Source: an uncultured Chloroflexia bacterium (lineage in GTDB: Bacteria > Chloroflexota > Limnocylindria > Limnocylindrales > CSP1-4). Taken from it: a stretch of DNA of 64,000 bases. Shown piece after piece: positions 46,883-56,518 of this stretch (position 1 is the first letter of the stretch; the number at the start of each line of letters is the position of its first letter). The DNA is taken from contig CAVPPB010000001.1 of the NCBI GenBank assembly GCA_963707215.1, positions 288,001 through 352,000 on the forward strand, in the 5' to 3' direction. The translations under genes were made by a program, and so were the position numbers. Below the pieces are notes generated by a model. That model did no database searches, had not been told where the DNA came from, and saw nothing but the letters and a program-made list of their open reading frames with translations.

Positions 46883-47623
46883 CTAGACCTCGGTCAGGCG
46901 ACCCCGACGGAACCGTCGATCGGCTGCGAACAGCAGGGCCAGGTCGGCGATCGCGATGACGACGAGGATCCCGACGAACACGTAGGCAGCCTCGGCCGAC
47001 CCGAGCCAATCGAGGACCTGGCGGCCGAGCTCGCGGTTGGAGGCGAGCAGCACCAGCCCGACCGTACCGAGCATCGCCGGCACCATGAGCCCGAACAGCG
47101 TCATCTGCTGCGCCTCCTGGGCGCCCGCGGCACGAAGGCTCGCGAAGATGCCGATCGCCCCGGTCATCAGGGCCACGAGGAAGGCCAGCACGAGCGCCCC
47201 GACCAGCATCGCCGGGTCGTACAGGAACGGGGCTGCCTCGCGATCGGCCAGGTTGGCGACCACGAGGGCCAGGGCCAGCAGGCATGGCGACAGGATCCAC
47301 CCGATACCCACGGCGAACCCCAGCTTGCCGTAGAGGATGGAACGATCCGACAGCCGACTGGCAAGCAGCGTCGAAAGCGTGTGCCGCTCCCGCTCTCCGG
47401 CGATCGCGTCGGGGACGACGACCCCGACGACGACCATCGGCAGGATGACCGCCTGGATCAGCATCAGGACCGGGTCGGTGACCCAGTCCCGGCCCATCTG
47501 GATCGGGCTGAGGACAGCGAAGATCGACAGCATGGCGATCATCAGGAGGAGCTGGCGGCGGGCCCGGCCGCCCCAGAGCGACCGCCACTCCTTCCAGATG
47601 ACCGTACGGAGGTCCTCGATCAC
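46883..47623 (-). CDS. ABC-2 type transporter permease
   Basis: IWKEWR and AGERERHTLSTLLAS...ILYGK. Confidence 0.88.
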   Translation of the reverse strand: MIEDLRTVIWKEWRSLWGGRARRQLLLMIAMLSIFAVLSPIQMGRDWVTDPVLMLIQAVILPMVVVGVVVPDAIAGERERHTLSTLLASRLSDRSILYGKLGFAVGIGWILSPCLLALALVVANLADREAAPFLYDPAMLVGALVLAFLVALMTGAIGIFASLRAAGAQEAQQMTLFGLMVPAMLGTVGLVLLASNRELGRQVLDWLGSAEAAYVFVGILVVIAIADLALLFAADRRFRRGRLTEV

Positions 47624-48561
47624 CGGTCTTCCTCCATCAGGGTCATGAAGACCTCCTCGAGGCTGGCCCGACCGCGATGGACCTCGTCGACCTGGGCGCC
47701 GACGCGAACGAGCTCGCCGACGACGGCTGCCGGCTCGGCTCCGCTCTCGAGCTCCACGATGAGCCGCCCGTCGTCGCGCTGGGCGGCGGTGACCTGGGGC
47801 AGGGCGCGCAGCCGCTCGATCACGGGGCCGTCGAAGCCGCGACCCAGGATCTCGAGCTGGGTTCGGCGATCGCCCGCCCGGCCCAGCTCGTCCGGCGAGC
47901 CGATCGCGAGGAGGCGCCCGCCCCGGATCACGGCCACCCGTCGGCAGAGGCGCTCGGCCTCGGCCATGTTGTGGGTCGTGAGGAAGATCGTCGTCCCCTC
48001 GTCCGCGGCCAATGCCGCCAGGTCGTCCCGCACCGCGGCCGCCGCCACGACGTCGAGGCCGGCCGTCGGCTCGTCGAGGAAGACGAGGGGCGGGCGTTCG
48101 AGCAGGGCGCGAGCGAGCGCGAGTCGCTGTCGCATCCCGCGGCTCCACGTGCCGGCCCTGTCGCGGCGGCGCTCCCATAGGCCCATCGCTTCCAGGAGCT
48201 CACGGATCCGCTCGCGCCGCGCGGGTCCGGTCATCCGACCGGCGCGAGCGTAGAACTCGAGGTTGTCCTCGGCGCTCAGCGCCTCGTAGATGCCGGTGTG
48301 CTCCAGCACGGCCCCGGTGCGCCGGCGGACCTCGTCGCCCTGGCTCCACGGGTCGAAGCCGAGGACCTCGGCCCGGCCGGACGTCGGCTCGAGCAGGCCG
48401 AGCAGCAGGCTGATCGTCGTCGTCTTGCCGGCTCCGTTCGGCCCGAGGAAGCCGAAGATGCCGCCTCGCGGCACCTCCAGCGACAGCCCGTCCACCGCCA
48501 GCACGGCAGCGAACCGGCGGGTCAGGCCGTCGAGGACGATGGCCGGTCCTTCGCTGTCCAT
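47620..48561 (-). CDS. ABC transporter ATP-binding protein
   Basis: GPNGAGKT, WSRGMRQR, LDEPT and TTH. Confidence 0.95.
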   Translation of the reverse strand: MDSEGPAIVLDGLTRRFAAVLAVDGLSLEVPRGGIFGFLGPNGAGKTTTISLLLGLLEPTSGRAEVLGFDPWSQGDEVRRRTGAVLEHTGIYEALSAEDNLEFYARAGRMTGPARRERIRELLEAMGLWERRRDRAGTWSRGMRQRLALARALLERPPLVFLDEPTAGLDVVAAAAVRDDLAALAADEGTTIFLTTHNMAEAERLCRRVAVIRGGRLLAIGSPDELGRAGDRRTQLEILGRGFDGPVIERLRALPQVTAAQRDDGRLIVELESGAEPAAVVGELVRVGAQVDEVHRGRASLEEVFMTLMEEDR

Positions 48562-48684
48562 CCACCTCCTCCGGGTACGCGTCGTCCGCGCCCACCCGAC
48601 CGACCCGCCGGTCAGTCTTCCAGCGACGCCGGGTTCCGGCTAGGGCCCTAGGGCACCATCGGGCGACCGCGCTACTCTGCCGCC

Positions 48685-48999
48685 ATGCCGCCAGAGGCCT
48701 ACGCGCTCGTCGCCACCTTCGCCGTCGTCTCGATCGTGAGCGGCCTGGCCGCCAGCGCCGTCGTGGCGCGTTGGGCGGAAGGCCCTCGTGGCTGGCGGTG
48801 GGCGATCCTGCCGTCGGCGACCGCCTTCCTGGCCCTCTACTGGGTCGGCCATCGGGTCGGGCTCGTCGCGGGACCCCAGGTCGAGCTGTACGGCTTCCAG
48901 GTATCGGTCGTCCTGGATCTCGCCGTCGCCATCATCTCGGCATCGACCATGGCTCTGCTCCAGGCGGCCCTGGTCCGGGTCCGCCGGCCGGCCGCCTGA
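48685..48999 (+). CDS. Small membrane protein (3 TM), probably leaderless
   Basis: Hydrophobic 104-aa ORF with TACTCT 6 nt before the ATG. Confidence 0.65.
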   Translation: MPPEAYALVATFAVVSIVSGLAASAVVARWAEGPRGWRWAILPSATAFLALYWVGHRVGLVAGPQVELYGFQVSVVLDLAVAIISASTMALLQAALVRVRRPAA

Positions 49000-49106
49000 T
49001 CAGACCCACGGGCTACCGGGACGAGCGGTCCGGACCCTGGAGCGGGTGGAGGCGCGGGGCACTTCGCGCCGTGGTCGCCGCCAGCCGGCGGGACCCGCAC
49101 GACACC

Positions 49107-49146
49107 TCCATCCCACGTCCATCGGCGCTCCACAGAGCCGGTCCAC
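49107..49146 (+). promoter_or_regulatory. TCCA(T/C) direct repeats, OmpR/PhoB-type binding site
   Basis: TCCAT 49107, TCCAT 49118 and TCCAC 49129 at an 11-bp period, plus TCCAC 49142. Confidence 0.55.
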
Positions 49147-49211
49147 GGTGAGCCTGTCGACCGACGCGGGCCGATGCCCGAGAGCCGGGACCACAAGAAG
49201 GAGATCCGACC

Positions 49212-49829
49212 GTGAAACGACCCTTGCTCGCCCTCCTCATCGCCGTCGCCGCGGTCGTCGCGGTCGTCGGCGCGGCCGTGGCCGCCGACGGGGAACGGGC
49301 TCGTGACCGCGCCCAGGACCGGACCGAGATCCCGGAGCTGCTCGGGCTCACCCTCGAGGAGCTCGAGAGCCTCCGTCACGACGAGGGCCTCAGCCTCGCC
49401 CAGATCGCCCTGCGCCAGGGCGTCGACCCCGAGCTCGTCGTCGACCGGCTCATGGCCGAGTGGAACGAGCGGATCCGGGTCCGCGAGGAGCGAGGTGCCC
49501 TGTCGCCAGAGGAGGCCGAGCGCCTCCGCGAGCAACTGGAGCTCCGCGTCCGCGACATCGTGAACCGGGCTGGCGGTACCGGCATGCGTGGGAGCGCGAT
49601 CGGCGGCGGGAACGACGACGGCAGCGCCCAGGGAGCCGGCGGCGAGCGATGGCGCGACGGCGCTCGTGCCGGTCAGGATGCCGACCGCGAACCGGGTAGG
49701 ACCGACCCCGCCGAGCCCCGCGGCCCGGGCCGGGGGGCGGGGAACGACGCCCAGGAGCGCCAGGGCTCCGCTGGTGGTGGACGCGGCGCCCGGGACGGCA
49801 CCGGTCCGCTCGGCATGGGTCGGCCCTAG
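49212..49829 (+). CDS. Secreted hypothetical protein with Gly-rich tail
   Basis: Signal peptide MKRPLLALL...AVAA, helical domain LGLTLEEL...GLSLAQIA..QGVD. AGGAG RBS. Confidence 0.75.
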   Translation: MKRPLLALLIAVAAVVAVVGAAVAADGERARDRAQDRTEIPELLGLTLEELESLRHDEGLSLAQIALRQGVDPELVVDRLMAEWNERIRVREERGALSPEEAERLREQLELRVRDIVNRAGGTGMRGSAIGGGNDDGSAQGAGGERWRDGARAGQDADREPGRTDPAEPRGPGRGAGNDAQERQGSAGGGRGARDGTGPLGMGRP

Positions 49830-49894
49830 ACGCGACGACGCCTACGGGACGGTCGGACCCTGACCCGGGCCGGCCGTTCCGGCATGCTCCGCAC

Positions 49895-50611
49895 ATGGCG
49901 ACCATCCTCGTCGTCGACGACGAACCCCGGATCCGGGAGGTCGTCGCCGCCTACCTTCGCCGGGAGGGGCACACGATCCTCGAGGCGGGCGACGGCGACG
50001 CTGCCCTCGAGGGCGCTCGCACCGAGCGACCCCACCTGGTCGTGCTCGACGTGATGCTGCCGGGGCGTTCCGGCTTCGACGTCCTGCGGGCCCTTCGCGC
50101 CGACGGCCTCGACGCCCCGGTCATCCTGCTGACGGCCCGTGACGAGGTCGTCGACCGGGTGGCCGGGCTGGAGATCGGCGCCGACGACTACGTGACCAAG
50201 CCGTTCGAGCCGCGCGAGCTCGTGGCCCGGGTCGGAGCCATCCTGCGGCGCCTGGAACGGCGCGCTGGCACCGCGCCGACGGACACGACGGGTGATGATC
50301 CGTCGTCCCAGGCGTCCCGCTTCCACGACCTGCTCATCGACCCGTCGGCGCGCGAGGTCCGCCGCGGCGCCACCGACGTTCCACTGACGCGCACCGAGTT
50401 CGACCTCCTGGCCGGCCTGGCCGAGCAACCCGGACGTGCCTGGACCCGCGAGCAGATCGGCGAGCGGCTGTTCGGCGAGGCCTTCGACGCCTACGACCGG
50501 ACGGTCGACAGCCACGTCAAGAACCTTCGTCGCAAGCTGGGCCCGCGACCGGACGGCGGGCCGTACGTGGAGACGGTCCGCGGGGTGGGCTACCGGGCGG
50601 CCCGATCGTGA
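49895..50611 (+). CDS. OmpR family response regulator
   Basis: VVDDE, LDVMLP, LTAR, GADDYVTKPF and ETVRGVGY. Confidence 0.95.
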   Translation: MATILVVDDEPRIREVVAAYLRREGHTILEAGDGDAALEGARTERPHLVVLDVMLPGRSGFDVLRALRADGLDAPVILLTARDEVVDRVAGLEIGADDYVTKPFEPRELVARVGAILRRLERRAGTAPTDTTGDDPSSQASRFHDLLIDPSAREVRRGATDVPLTRTEFDLLAGLAEQPGRAWTREQIGERLFGEAFDAYDRTVDSHVKNLRRKLGPRPDGGPYVETVRGVGYRAARS

Positions 50612-51771
50612 GCGTCCGGACCCGCCTGGCGATCGCCTTCGCGCTGGTTGCGCTCGGGACGGCCCTGGCCGTGGCTGTCACCTCGCCGTACATCGTGGGG
50701 CGCGGCTTCGCCCGCCTCCAGGCAGGTCTCGATGGCGGCGGGGGAGGCCAGGGCGGGCCGGGGAATGGTGGGCAGGGCCAGGGCCAGGGTGGGACGGGGA
50801 GCGGCGGGCAGGGCCTGGGGATCCACGCCGATGAGATCCAGCGGGAGACCGTCCTGTCGATCGTCGTCGCCTCGCTGGCCGCCGCCGGGACCGCGACGCT
50901 CATCGGGATCGCGGTGGCCGGACGGCTCACCCGGCCCCTGCGACGCCTGGAGGCCGCTGCCGAGGCCGTCGCCGCCGGGGATCTCGGGCAGCGCTCGGGG
51001 CTGGCCGACCGCTCCGACGAGCTCGGTTCGCTGGGTCGCTCCTTCGACGGCATGGCCCAGGCCCTCCAGGACGCCGACGAGACCCGACGACGCTTCCTGC
51101 AGGACGCAGTCCACGAGCTGCGCACGCCGCTCACGGTCATCGAGGCAACCAGCAGCGCGATCCTCGACGGGGTCTACGGGTCGGAGCCCCGCCATCTCGA
51201 GACGGTCCGCGACCAGGCCCGCCTCCTCTCGCGGATCGTCGACGACCTCCGGACCATCAGCCTGGCCGAGGGTGGCGCCTTGCCCATGGAGCACGACAGC
51301 ATCGAGGTGGAGGCGCTCCTGGGTGCCGTCGCCGAGGCCTTCGGTGCCCGGGCAGCCGAGCGTGGTGTCCGGCTCACGGTCGAGCCGGCCGGATCGGCAC
51401 CCACGGTCGTCGGGGACCGCGACCGCATCCGTCAGGCCCTCGGAGCCGTCCTCGACAACGCGCTCCGCCACACGCCGGCCAGGGGGGCGGTCACGTTGGC
51501 GGCGTACGGGCCGACCGCCGGGCTCGTGCGCCTCGAGGTCCGCGACACCGGCCCCGGGTTCGGCCCCGAGGATCTCCCGCATGTCTTCGACCGGTTCTAC
51601 CAGGCGGACCGGGGCCGCGATCGATCTACCGGGTCGAGCGGCCTGGGGCTCGCCATCGTCCGCGCACTCGCAGAGGCACAGGGCGGACGGGTCGGTGCTG
51701 CCGACCGACCGGACGGTGGGGCCGTCGTGTGGCTGGACCTTCCTGCCGGGCCGATCCCGCCCCCTGACTAG
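50608..51771 (+). CDS. HAMP-domain sensor histidine kinase
   Basis: Two TM segments, HAMP, HELRTPL, DNALRH, DTGPG and GLGLAI. Confidence 0.95.
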   Translation: MSVRTRLAIAFALVALGTALAVAVTSPYIVGRGFARLQAGLDGGGGGQGGPGNGGQGQGQGGTGSGGQGLGIHADEIQRETVLSIVVASLAAAGTATLIGIAVAGRLTRPLRRLEAAAEAVAAGDLGQRSGLADRSDELGSLGRSFDGMAQALQDADETRRRFLQDAVHELRTPLTVIEATSSAILDGVYGSEPRHLETVRDQARLLSRIVDDLRTISLAEGGALPMEHDSIEVEALLGAVAEAFGARAAERGVRLTVEPAGSAPTVVGDRDRIRQALGAVLDNALRHTPARGAVTLAAYGPTAGLVRLEVRDTGPGFGPEDLPHVFDRFYQADRGRDRSTGSSGLGLAIVRALAEAQGGRVGAADRPDGGAVVWLDLPAGPIPPPD

Positions 51772-51792
51772 CCGCTGCCCCCGCTCAGGTCG

Positions 51793-53199
51793 TCATCGCT
51801 CCAGCGCACGGAACCGATCGACCCAGCCGACGGCACCCCCGCTGGACACGAGCCGCACCGTGATCCCTGCCGCGTCGAGCACGCTGGCGGCGATCGCGGC
51901 CCGGTATCCGGAGACGCACAGGACCCAGGCCTCCGGCTCACCGGCGAGCGACCCGACTCGAGCGGGAAGATCCCCGACGAAGACCAGCTCGCTGCCGGGC
52001 AGGGTGCCCTCCTCCGCCCATTCTGCCGGCTGTCGGACATCGACAATGCGGGGACGACGCCCTCCCGCACGCTCTGCGTAGAGGTCACGCATCCGGGCGG
52101 TCGGGTACGAGCGCAGCGGCCGACCGCTGGCGACCCAGGCATCGACACCCCCGGCGAGGCGGCCGAGCCCGTCGCCGTAGCCGATCCGGAAGAGCTGGGC
52201 CACGGCCTCCCCGGCGGCATCGGGTGCATCGTCGGGGAGGATGAGCACGATCCGGCCACCGAACGGGACCAGCCAGCCCACGTAGGCCGAGAACGAATCT
52301 CCCAGCTCGACATTGAGTGCCCCGGGCAGGTGTCCGGAGGCGAACGCTTCGCGGTCCCGGGCATCGACAAGCGTCGCCCCGGCCGCCACCTGGCGTTCCG
52401 CCTCGTCCGGCTCCAGATCGGGGATGGCCGGCAGCGACCCGAGGACCGGGGGTCCGGCCCGGTTGAGCAGACCCATGTGCGCGTAGTAGGCCGGGAACCG
52501 ACGAAGGGCGGCGAGCTGACGCTCGATGAACGTCTCCTCGTCGGGCGCATGGAGGGCGGCATTCCGCTCACGCTCCAACCCGATCGTCGTCCAGCGGCCA
52601 AGATCAGGAAGGTTCGAGGCGCAGAAGCTGCCGGAACCGTGGGTCGGCAACACGACGACTTCGTCGGGCAGGTCGGCGAGGGCCTGCAGCGTCCGGTACT
52701 GGGCCCTGGTCAGGGCGTCGGTCGCCTCGGGGCCGACCAGGTCGGTCCGGCCGGCGCTGCCGACGAGGAGGCTCCCGCCGGTGAATACCGCCGTCGGATC
52801 GACCGCCGGCCCGCGATGCACCTGCCAGGCGATGTGCTCGAACGTGTGGCCGGGCGTGGACCTCGCCACGAGACGCAGGTCTCCGAGCTCCACTTCGTCG
52901 TCCTGGTCGGCCGGTCGGTGCGGGAAGGCATAGCCGCCCTTCGCCGGGGCGACGATCGTGGCCCCGGTGGCCTCCCGGACCTCACGAGCGCCCGAGAGGT
53001 AGTCGTTGTGGGCGTGGGTCTCCAGGACGTGGCGGATGCGCCAGCCACGATGGCGCGCGGCCTCGATGAACCGCCAGGCATCCCGCTGCGGGTCGACCAG
53101 GACGGCCTCGCCGCCCGAGGCGAGCAGGTAGCTGGAGTCGCCGAGCTCCGGCGTCAGGAACGTCTCGAGCTCGAGCTCGAGACTCGCAGTGTCGGTCAT
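51793..53199 (-). CDS. MBL-fold hydrolase with two rhodanese domains (persulfide dioxygenase/CstB-like)
   Basis: ETHAHNDYLSG, TPGHT, GRTDL, PTHG.GSFC, GHLPGA and CVSGYR. Confidence 0.9.
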   Translation of the reverse strand: MTDTASLELELETFLTPELGDSSYLLASGGEAVLVDPQRDAWRFIEAARHRGWRIRHVLETHAHNDYLSGAREVREATGATIVAPAKGGYAFPHRPADQDDEVELGDLRLVARSTPGHTFEHIAWQVHRGPAVDPTAVFTGGSLLVGSAGRTDLVGPEATDALTRAQYRTLQALADLPDEVVVLPTHGSGSFCASNLPDLGRWTTIGLERERNAALHAPDEETFIERQLAALRRFPAYYAHMGLLNRAGPPVLGSLPAIPDLEPDEAERQVAAGATLVDARDREAFASGHLPGALNVELGDSFSAYVGWLVPFGGRIVLILPDDAPDAAGEAVAQLFRIGYGDGLGRLAGGVDAWVASGRPLRSYPTARMRDLYAERAGGRRPRIVDVRQPAEWAEEGTLPGSELVFVGDLPARVGSLAGEPEAWVLCVSGYRAAIAASVLDAAGITVRLVSSGGAVGWVDRFRALER

Positions 53200-53384
53200 C
53201 GGTGGGACGAGATCGGGGCGACCGACACCGGGGTGAACGGCGCGGCGCGGCGGCACGAGACATCTCGCACGGGGATGGGATCAAGCATCGGCCAGAGTCT
53301 ATCGCGGGCCCCGGGCCGGAGCGGGTCCGGGGTCGAGCTTCCGGACATGGGTAAGGCCCGCAGGGGGCGCGGGCCTCGACCTAA

Positions 53385-53413
53385 AACATACTGGACTGGT
53401 AGGGATTGCACAA
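53385..53413 (-). promoter_or_regulatory. Sigma70-like promoter TTGTGC-N17-TATGTT
   Basis: AT-rich patch with exact 17-bp spacing, pointing towards the MBL/rhodanese gene. Confidence 0.55.
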
Positions 53414-53430
53414 GCCCCTACAGTCGGATC

Positions 53431-54249
53431 ATGCGCGAATGCCACGTCGATGTCGCCGGAGGCCGCCTGTACCTGGTCGACCAGGGCGACGGACGGCCGC
53501 TCGTGCTGCTCCACGAGGGGATCGTCGACCTCCGAGCCTGGGACGGGCTGGTGCCCTTCCTGGTGGACGCTGGCCTGCGGGTCATCCGCTACGACCGGCG
53601 AGGCCACGGCCGAAGCGAAACGGAGGACGTCGAGTACAGCAACCGCTCGGACCTCATCGCGGTCCTGGACACGCTCGGCCTGGAGCGGGCGGTCCTCGTC
53701 GCCGGCTCGGCCGGCGGCCAGATCGCCATCGACGCCGCCATCGAGCATCCGGCTCGGATCGACGGGATCGTCGCCCTCGGCGCGGGGCTCGGCGGCTACG
53801 AGATCGACCTGCGCCCCGAGGAGCTTGCCCTGTTCGAGGCCATGGAACGTCTCGAGGACGCCGATCCGCCGGACGCGGCCGCGATCGCCGACCTGGATGT
53901 GCGCGTCTGGGTCGACGGTATCGGCCAGCCCGTCGACCGGGTCCCTTCCGAGGTCCGCGAGGCCGTCCGGGCGATGGACCGGGCGCTCTGGCAGCCGGGC
54001 CGGACCGGCGGCCGACCGGTACCCCTCCGCCCACCGGCCGCCGAACGGCTCGATGAGCTGCGCTGCCCGGTCCTCGCGGCCGCCGGCGAGCTCGACGTCT
54101 CGGACGTCGTCGCGACCGCCCACCACCTCGAGGCATCCGCGCCGGACGCGCGGGCGGTGATCGTGCCGGGGGTCGCCCACATGATCGCACTGGAGCGACC
54201 CGGCCTCGTCGCCGACCTCGTCGTCGGCTTCGTCCGAGCCCTCGGATAG
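53431..54249 (+). CDS. Alpha/beta hydrolase
   Basis: LVLLHEG, YDRRGHGRS, nucleophile AGSAGG, GELD and VAHM. TACAGT 6 nt before the ATG suggests a leaderless gene. Confidence 0.9.
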   Translation: MRECHVDVAGGRLYLVDQGDGRPLVLLHEGIVDLRAWDGLVPFLVDAGLRVIRYDRRGHGRSETEDVEYSNRSDLIAVLDTLGLERAVLVAGSAGGQIAIDAAIEHPARIDGIVALGAGLGGYEIDLRPEELALFEAMERLEDADPPDAAAIADLDVRVWVDGIGQPVDRVPSEVREAVRAMDRALWQPGRTGGRPVPLRPPAAERLDELRCPVLAAAGELDVSDVVATAHHLEASAPDARAVIVPGVAHMIALERPGLVADLVVGFVRALG

Positions 54250-54264
54250 CGAGGCCAGGGCTGC

Positions 54265-54919
54265 CTATCGGTCGCCGGCCCCGTCGTCACCGGCCCTGCT
54301 CGGCTGGCCCTCCCGGCCTCGCGGTTCGGAGACTTCGTGGTGCCGGTTGCAGCGAGCCTCGTAGGTTTCGATGGCCCGGTCGTCGAGCCCGCCGATGACG
54401 ACCAGCGGATCGTCGAGCGCAGCCGGCCGACCGTTGACGAGCCGCTGGGTGCGGGTTGCCGTTTCGCCGCAGATCACGCAGATCGCCGTGAGGGTCGTCA
54501 CCTCGTCGGCCCGAGCCATGCAGCTCCGGCATCGGCCCGAACGGCCGGCCGGCGAAGTCGAGGTTCAGGCCGGTCACGATGACGTGGCGGCCGGACCGGC
54601 GGATCGCCTCGACGACGTCGACGATGTCCGAGACGAAGAACTCGGCCTCGTCCACCCCGATCAGGTCGGCATCCGACTCGCGGGCCAGGGCCAGGATGTG
54701 CCAGGGGTCACTGGTGGACACGACGGTGGAGGGATAGCGGGCTTTCGAGCGACTCTCGGCGAACTGCGGCGGCGTCCGGGTGTCGATGTCGGGGCGGATC
54801 AGGAGCACACGCCGGCGAGCGACCTCGGCGCGCCGGAGCAGCCGCAGGAGCTCGTCGGTCTTGCCCGACGACATGCATCCGGCGATGACGTGCAGCCAGG
54901 GATCGGCGCGATAGAACAC
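54265..54919 (-). pseudogene. tdk: Thymidine kinase split by a +1 frameshift near 54520 (pseudogene or sequencing error)
   Basis: GCMSSGKT, VDEAEFF and GLNLDFAGRPFGPMPEL in one frame; MARADEV..LTAICVICG...YEARCNRHH in the next frame. Confidence 0.85.
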
Positions 54920-55113
54920 GGTCGGCTAGAGGGTAGCGGGTCCGACCGGCGGCGGCAGCGCTGGTCGGCGATCGGCGCGCCCAGAAGGGCTCGGGACGCA
55001 CGCCTGCGTCGGATGACGTAGCGGACGGGCGGCCGGATGTCGGTGGGCGACCGCATCGGCGACACCTAGCGTAGGCGGCACCGTCCGAACTGCCGTCTCT
55101 GGAGGAGCCGTAC

Positions 55114-56505
55114 GTGAGCGTCGCCGCGTCCCGATCCCGGGTCCCGTCTGACCGTCTGTCCCGATTGGCCCGTGCCCTGGGCGACCGCCTCGTCCTCCCG
55201 GGAGACCCCGCCTACGAGCCAGGGCGGCTGGTCTGGAACGCCACGGTCGACCGCCGGCCGGCGGGGATCATCCGGGCGGCCGGTCCCGACGACGTCGTCC
55301 GGGCGATCGCCTTCGCCCGCGAGACCGGGGTCGACATCGCCGTCAGGGGTGGGGGTCACAGCATGGCCGGTCACGGCACCGTCGACGACGGGGTCCTCCT
55401 GGACATGAGCGGCCTCCAGGGTCTCCGGATCGACCCGAGCCGACGGATCGCCCGGGTCGAGGCGGGCGTCCTCGCCGGCACCTACACCGGAGCGGCCGCG
55501 GCCCACGGCCTGGTGACCCCGTTCGGCGACACGGCGACCGTCGGCATCACCGGCCTTGCCCTCGGGGGCGGCGTCGGCTGGCTGAGCCGGAAGCTGGGCC
55601 TGACGATCGACAGCGTCCGCGCCTTCGAGCTCGTGACTGCCGATGGGGACCGAGTGACGGCCGGCCCGACCGAACACCCCGATCTCTTCTGGGCGCTCCG
55701 CGGTGGGGGTGGCAACTTCGGCGTGGTCACCGCCCTGGAGCTCGACCTCCACCCGTTGGGGCCCATCCACGGCGGCGCCGTCTTCCTGCCGCTCACCGGC
55801 GAGGTGGTCCGCGGCTACGCCGAGGTAGCCTCGACGGCCCCGGATGAGTTGACGACGATCGCGGCGGCGATGCGCCTGCCGCCCGCCCCGTTCGTGCCAC
55901 CGGCTCTCGTCGGGACCCCGGCGCTCGCGATCATGCCCGTCCACGCAGGGCCGGCGGACGACGGGGAGGCGGCGATGACGACCCTCCGCTCTCTCGGCAC
56001 GCCGCTCGTCGACATGCTCGGTCCGATGCCGTTCCCCGCCATGTACGAGCTGACCGCCGAGGGGTCACGGCGTCAGGTCGGCGTGACCCGGTCGCATTCG
56101 CTGCCCGGCCTCGACGCGGCGACGATCGACACGATCGTGGAGTCCCTCCCGGCGGCCCCGCCCGGCGGGATGGCGATGATCCAGCTCCGGATCCTGGGGG
56201 GCGCCGTCGAGCGCGTGCCGGCCGACGCCACGGCGTACGCCCATCGCGACGCGGGGGCCATCGTCGCCGTCATCGCCGGCGCCGAGGACACGGTCCAGCT
56301 CGATGCGCCGACCGCCTGGGTCCAGGATGTCGCGGCCTCGATCGCCCCACGTGCCACCGGTGCCTACGTGAACTTCCTGGAGGACGAGGGAGAGGGCCGG
56401 GTCCGGGCAGCCTATGGCGAGTCGACGTACCGTCGGCTCGGCGAGGTCAAGCGGCGCTGGGACCCGACCAACCTCTTCCGGATGAACCAGAACGTCCGGC
56501 CGTAG
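55114..56505 (+). CDS. FAD-binding oxidoreductase (VAO/BBE family)
   Basis: RGGGHS, GLALGGG, WALRGGGGNFGVV and YVNF...KRRWDP.NLF. Confidence 0.93.
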   Translation: MSVAASRSRVPSDRLSRLARALGDRLVLPGDPAYEPGRLVWNATVDRRPAGIIRAAGPDDVVRAIAFARETGVDIAVRGGGHSMAGHGTVDDGVLLDMSGLQGLRIDPSRRIARVEAGVLAGTYTGAAAAHGLVTPFGDTATVGITGLALGGGVGWLSRKLGLTIDSVRAFELVTADGDRVTAGPTEHPDLFWALRGGGGNFGVVTALELDLHPLGPIHGGAVFLPLTGEVVRGYAEVASTAPDELTTIAAAMRLPPAPFVPPALVGTPALAIMPVHAGPADDGEAAMTTLRSLGTPLVDMLGPMPFPAMYELTAEGSRRQVGVTRSHSLPGLDAATIDTIVESLPAAPPGGMAMIQLRILGGAVERVPADATAYAHRDAGAIVAVIAGAEDTVQLDAPTAWVQDVAASIAPRATGAYVNFLEDEGEGRVRAAYGESTYRRLGEVKRRWDPTNLFRMNQNVRP

Positions 56506-56518
56506 GGCCAGGCCGACG

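Noticed and set aside
53163-53182. TCGAGC tandem repeat/palindrome
   Set aside because: It simply encodes LELELE using the preferred CTC/GAG codons.
53380-53410. AT-rich patch resembling a dif (XerCD) site
   Set aside because: Arm and spacer lengths do not fit 11-6-11 with TAA/TTA inner ends. A -35/-10 promoter explains it better.
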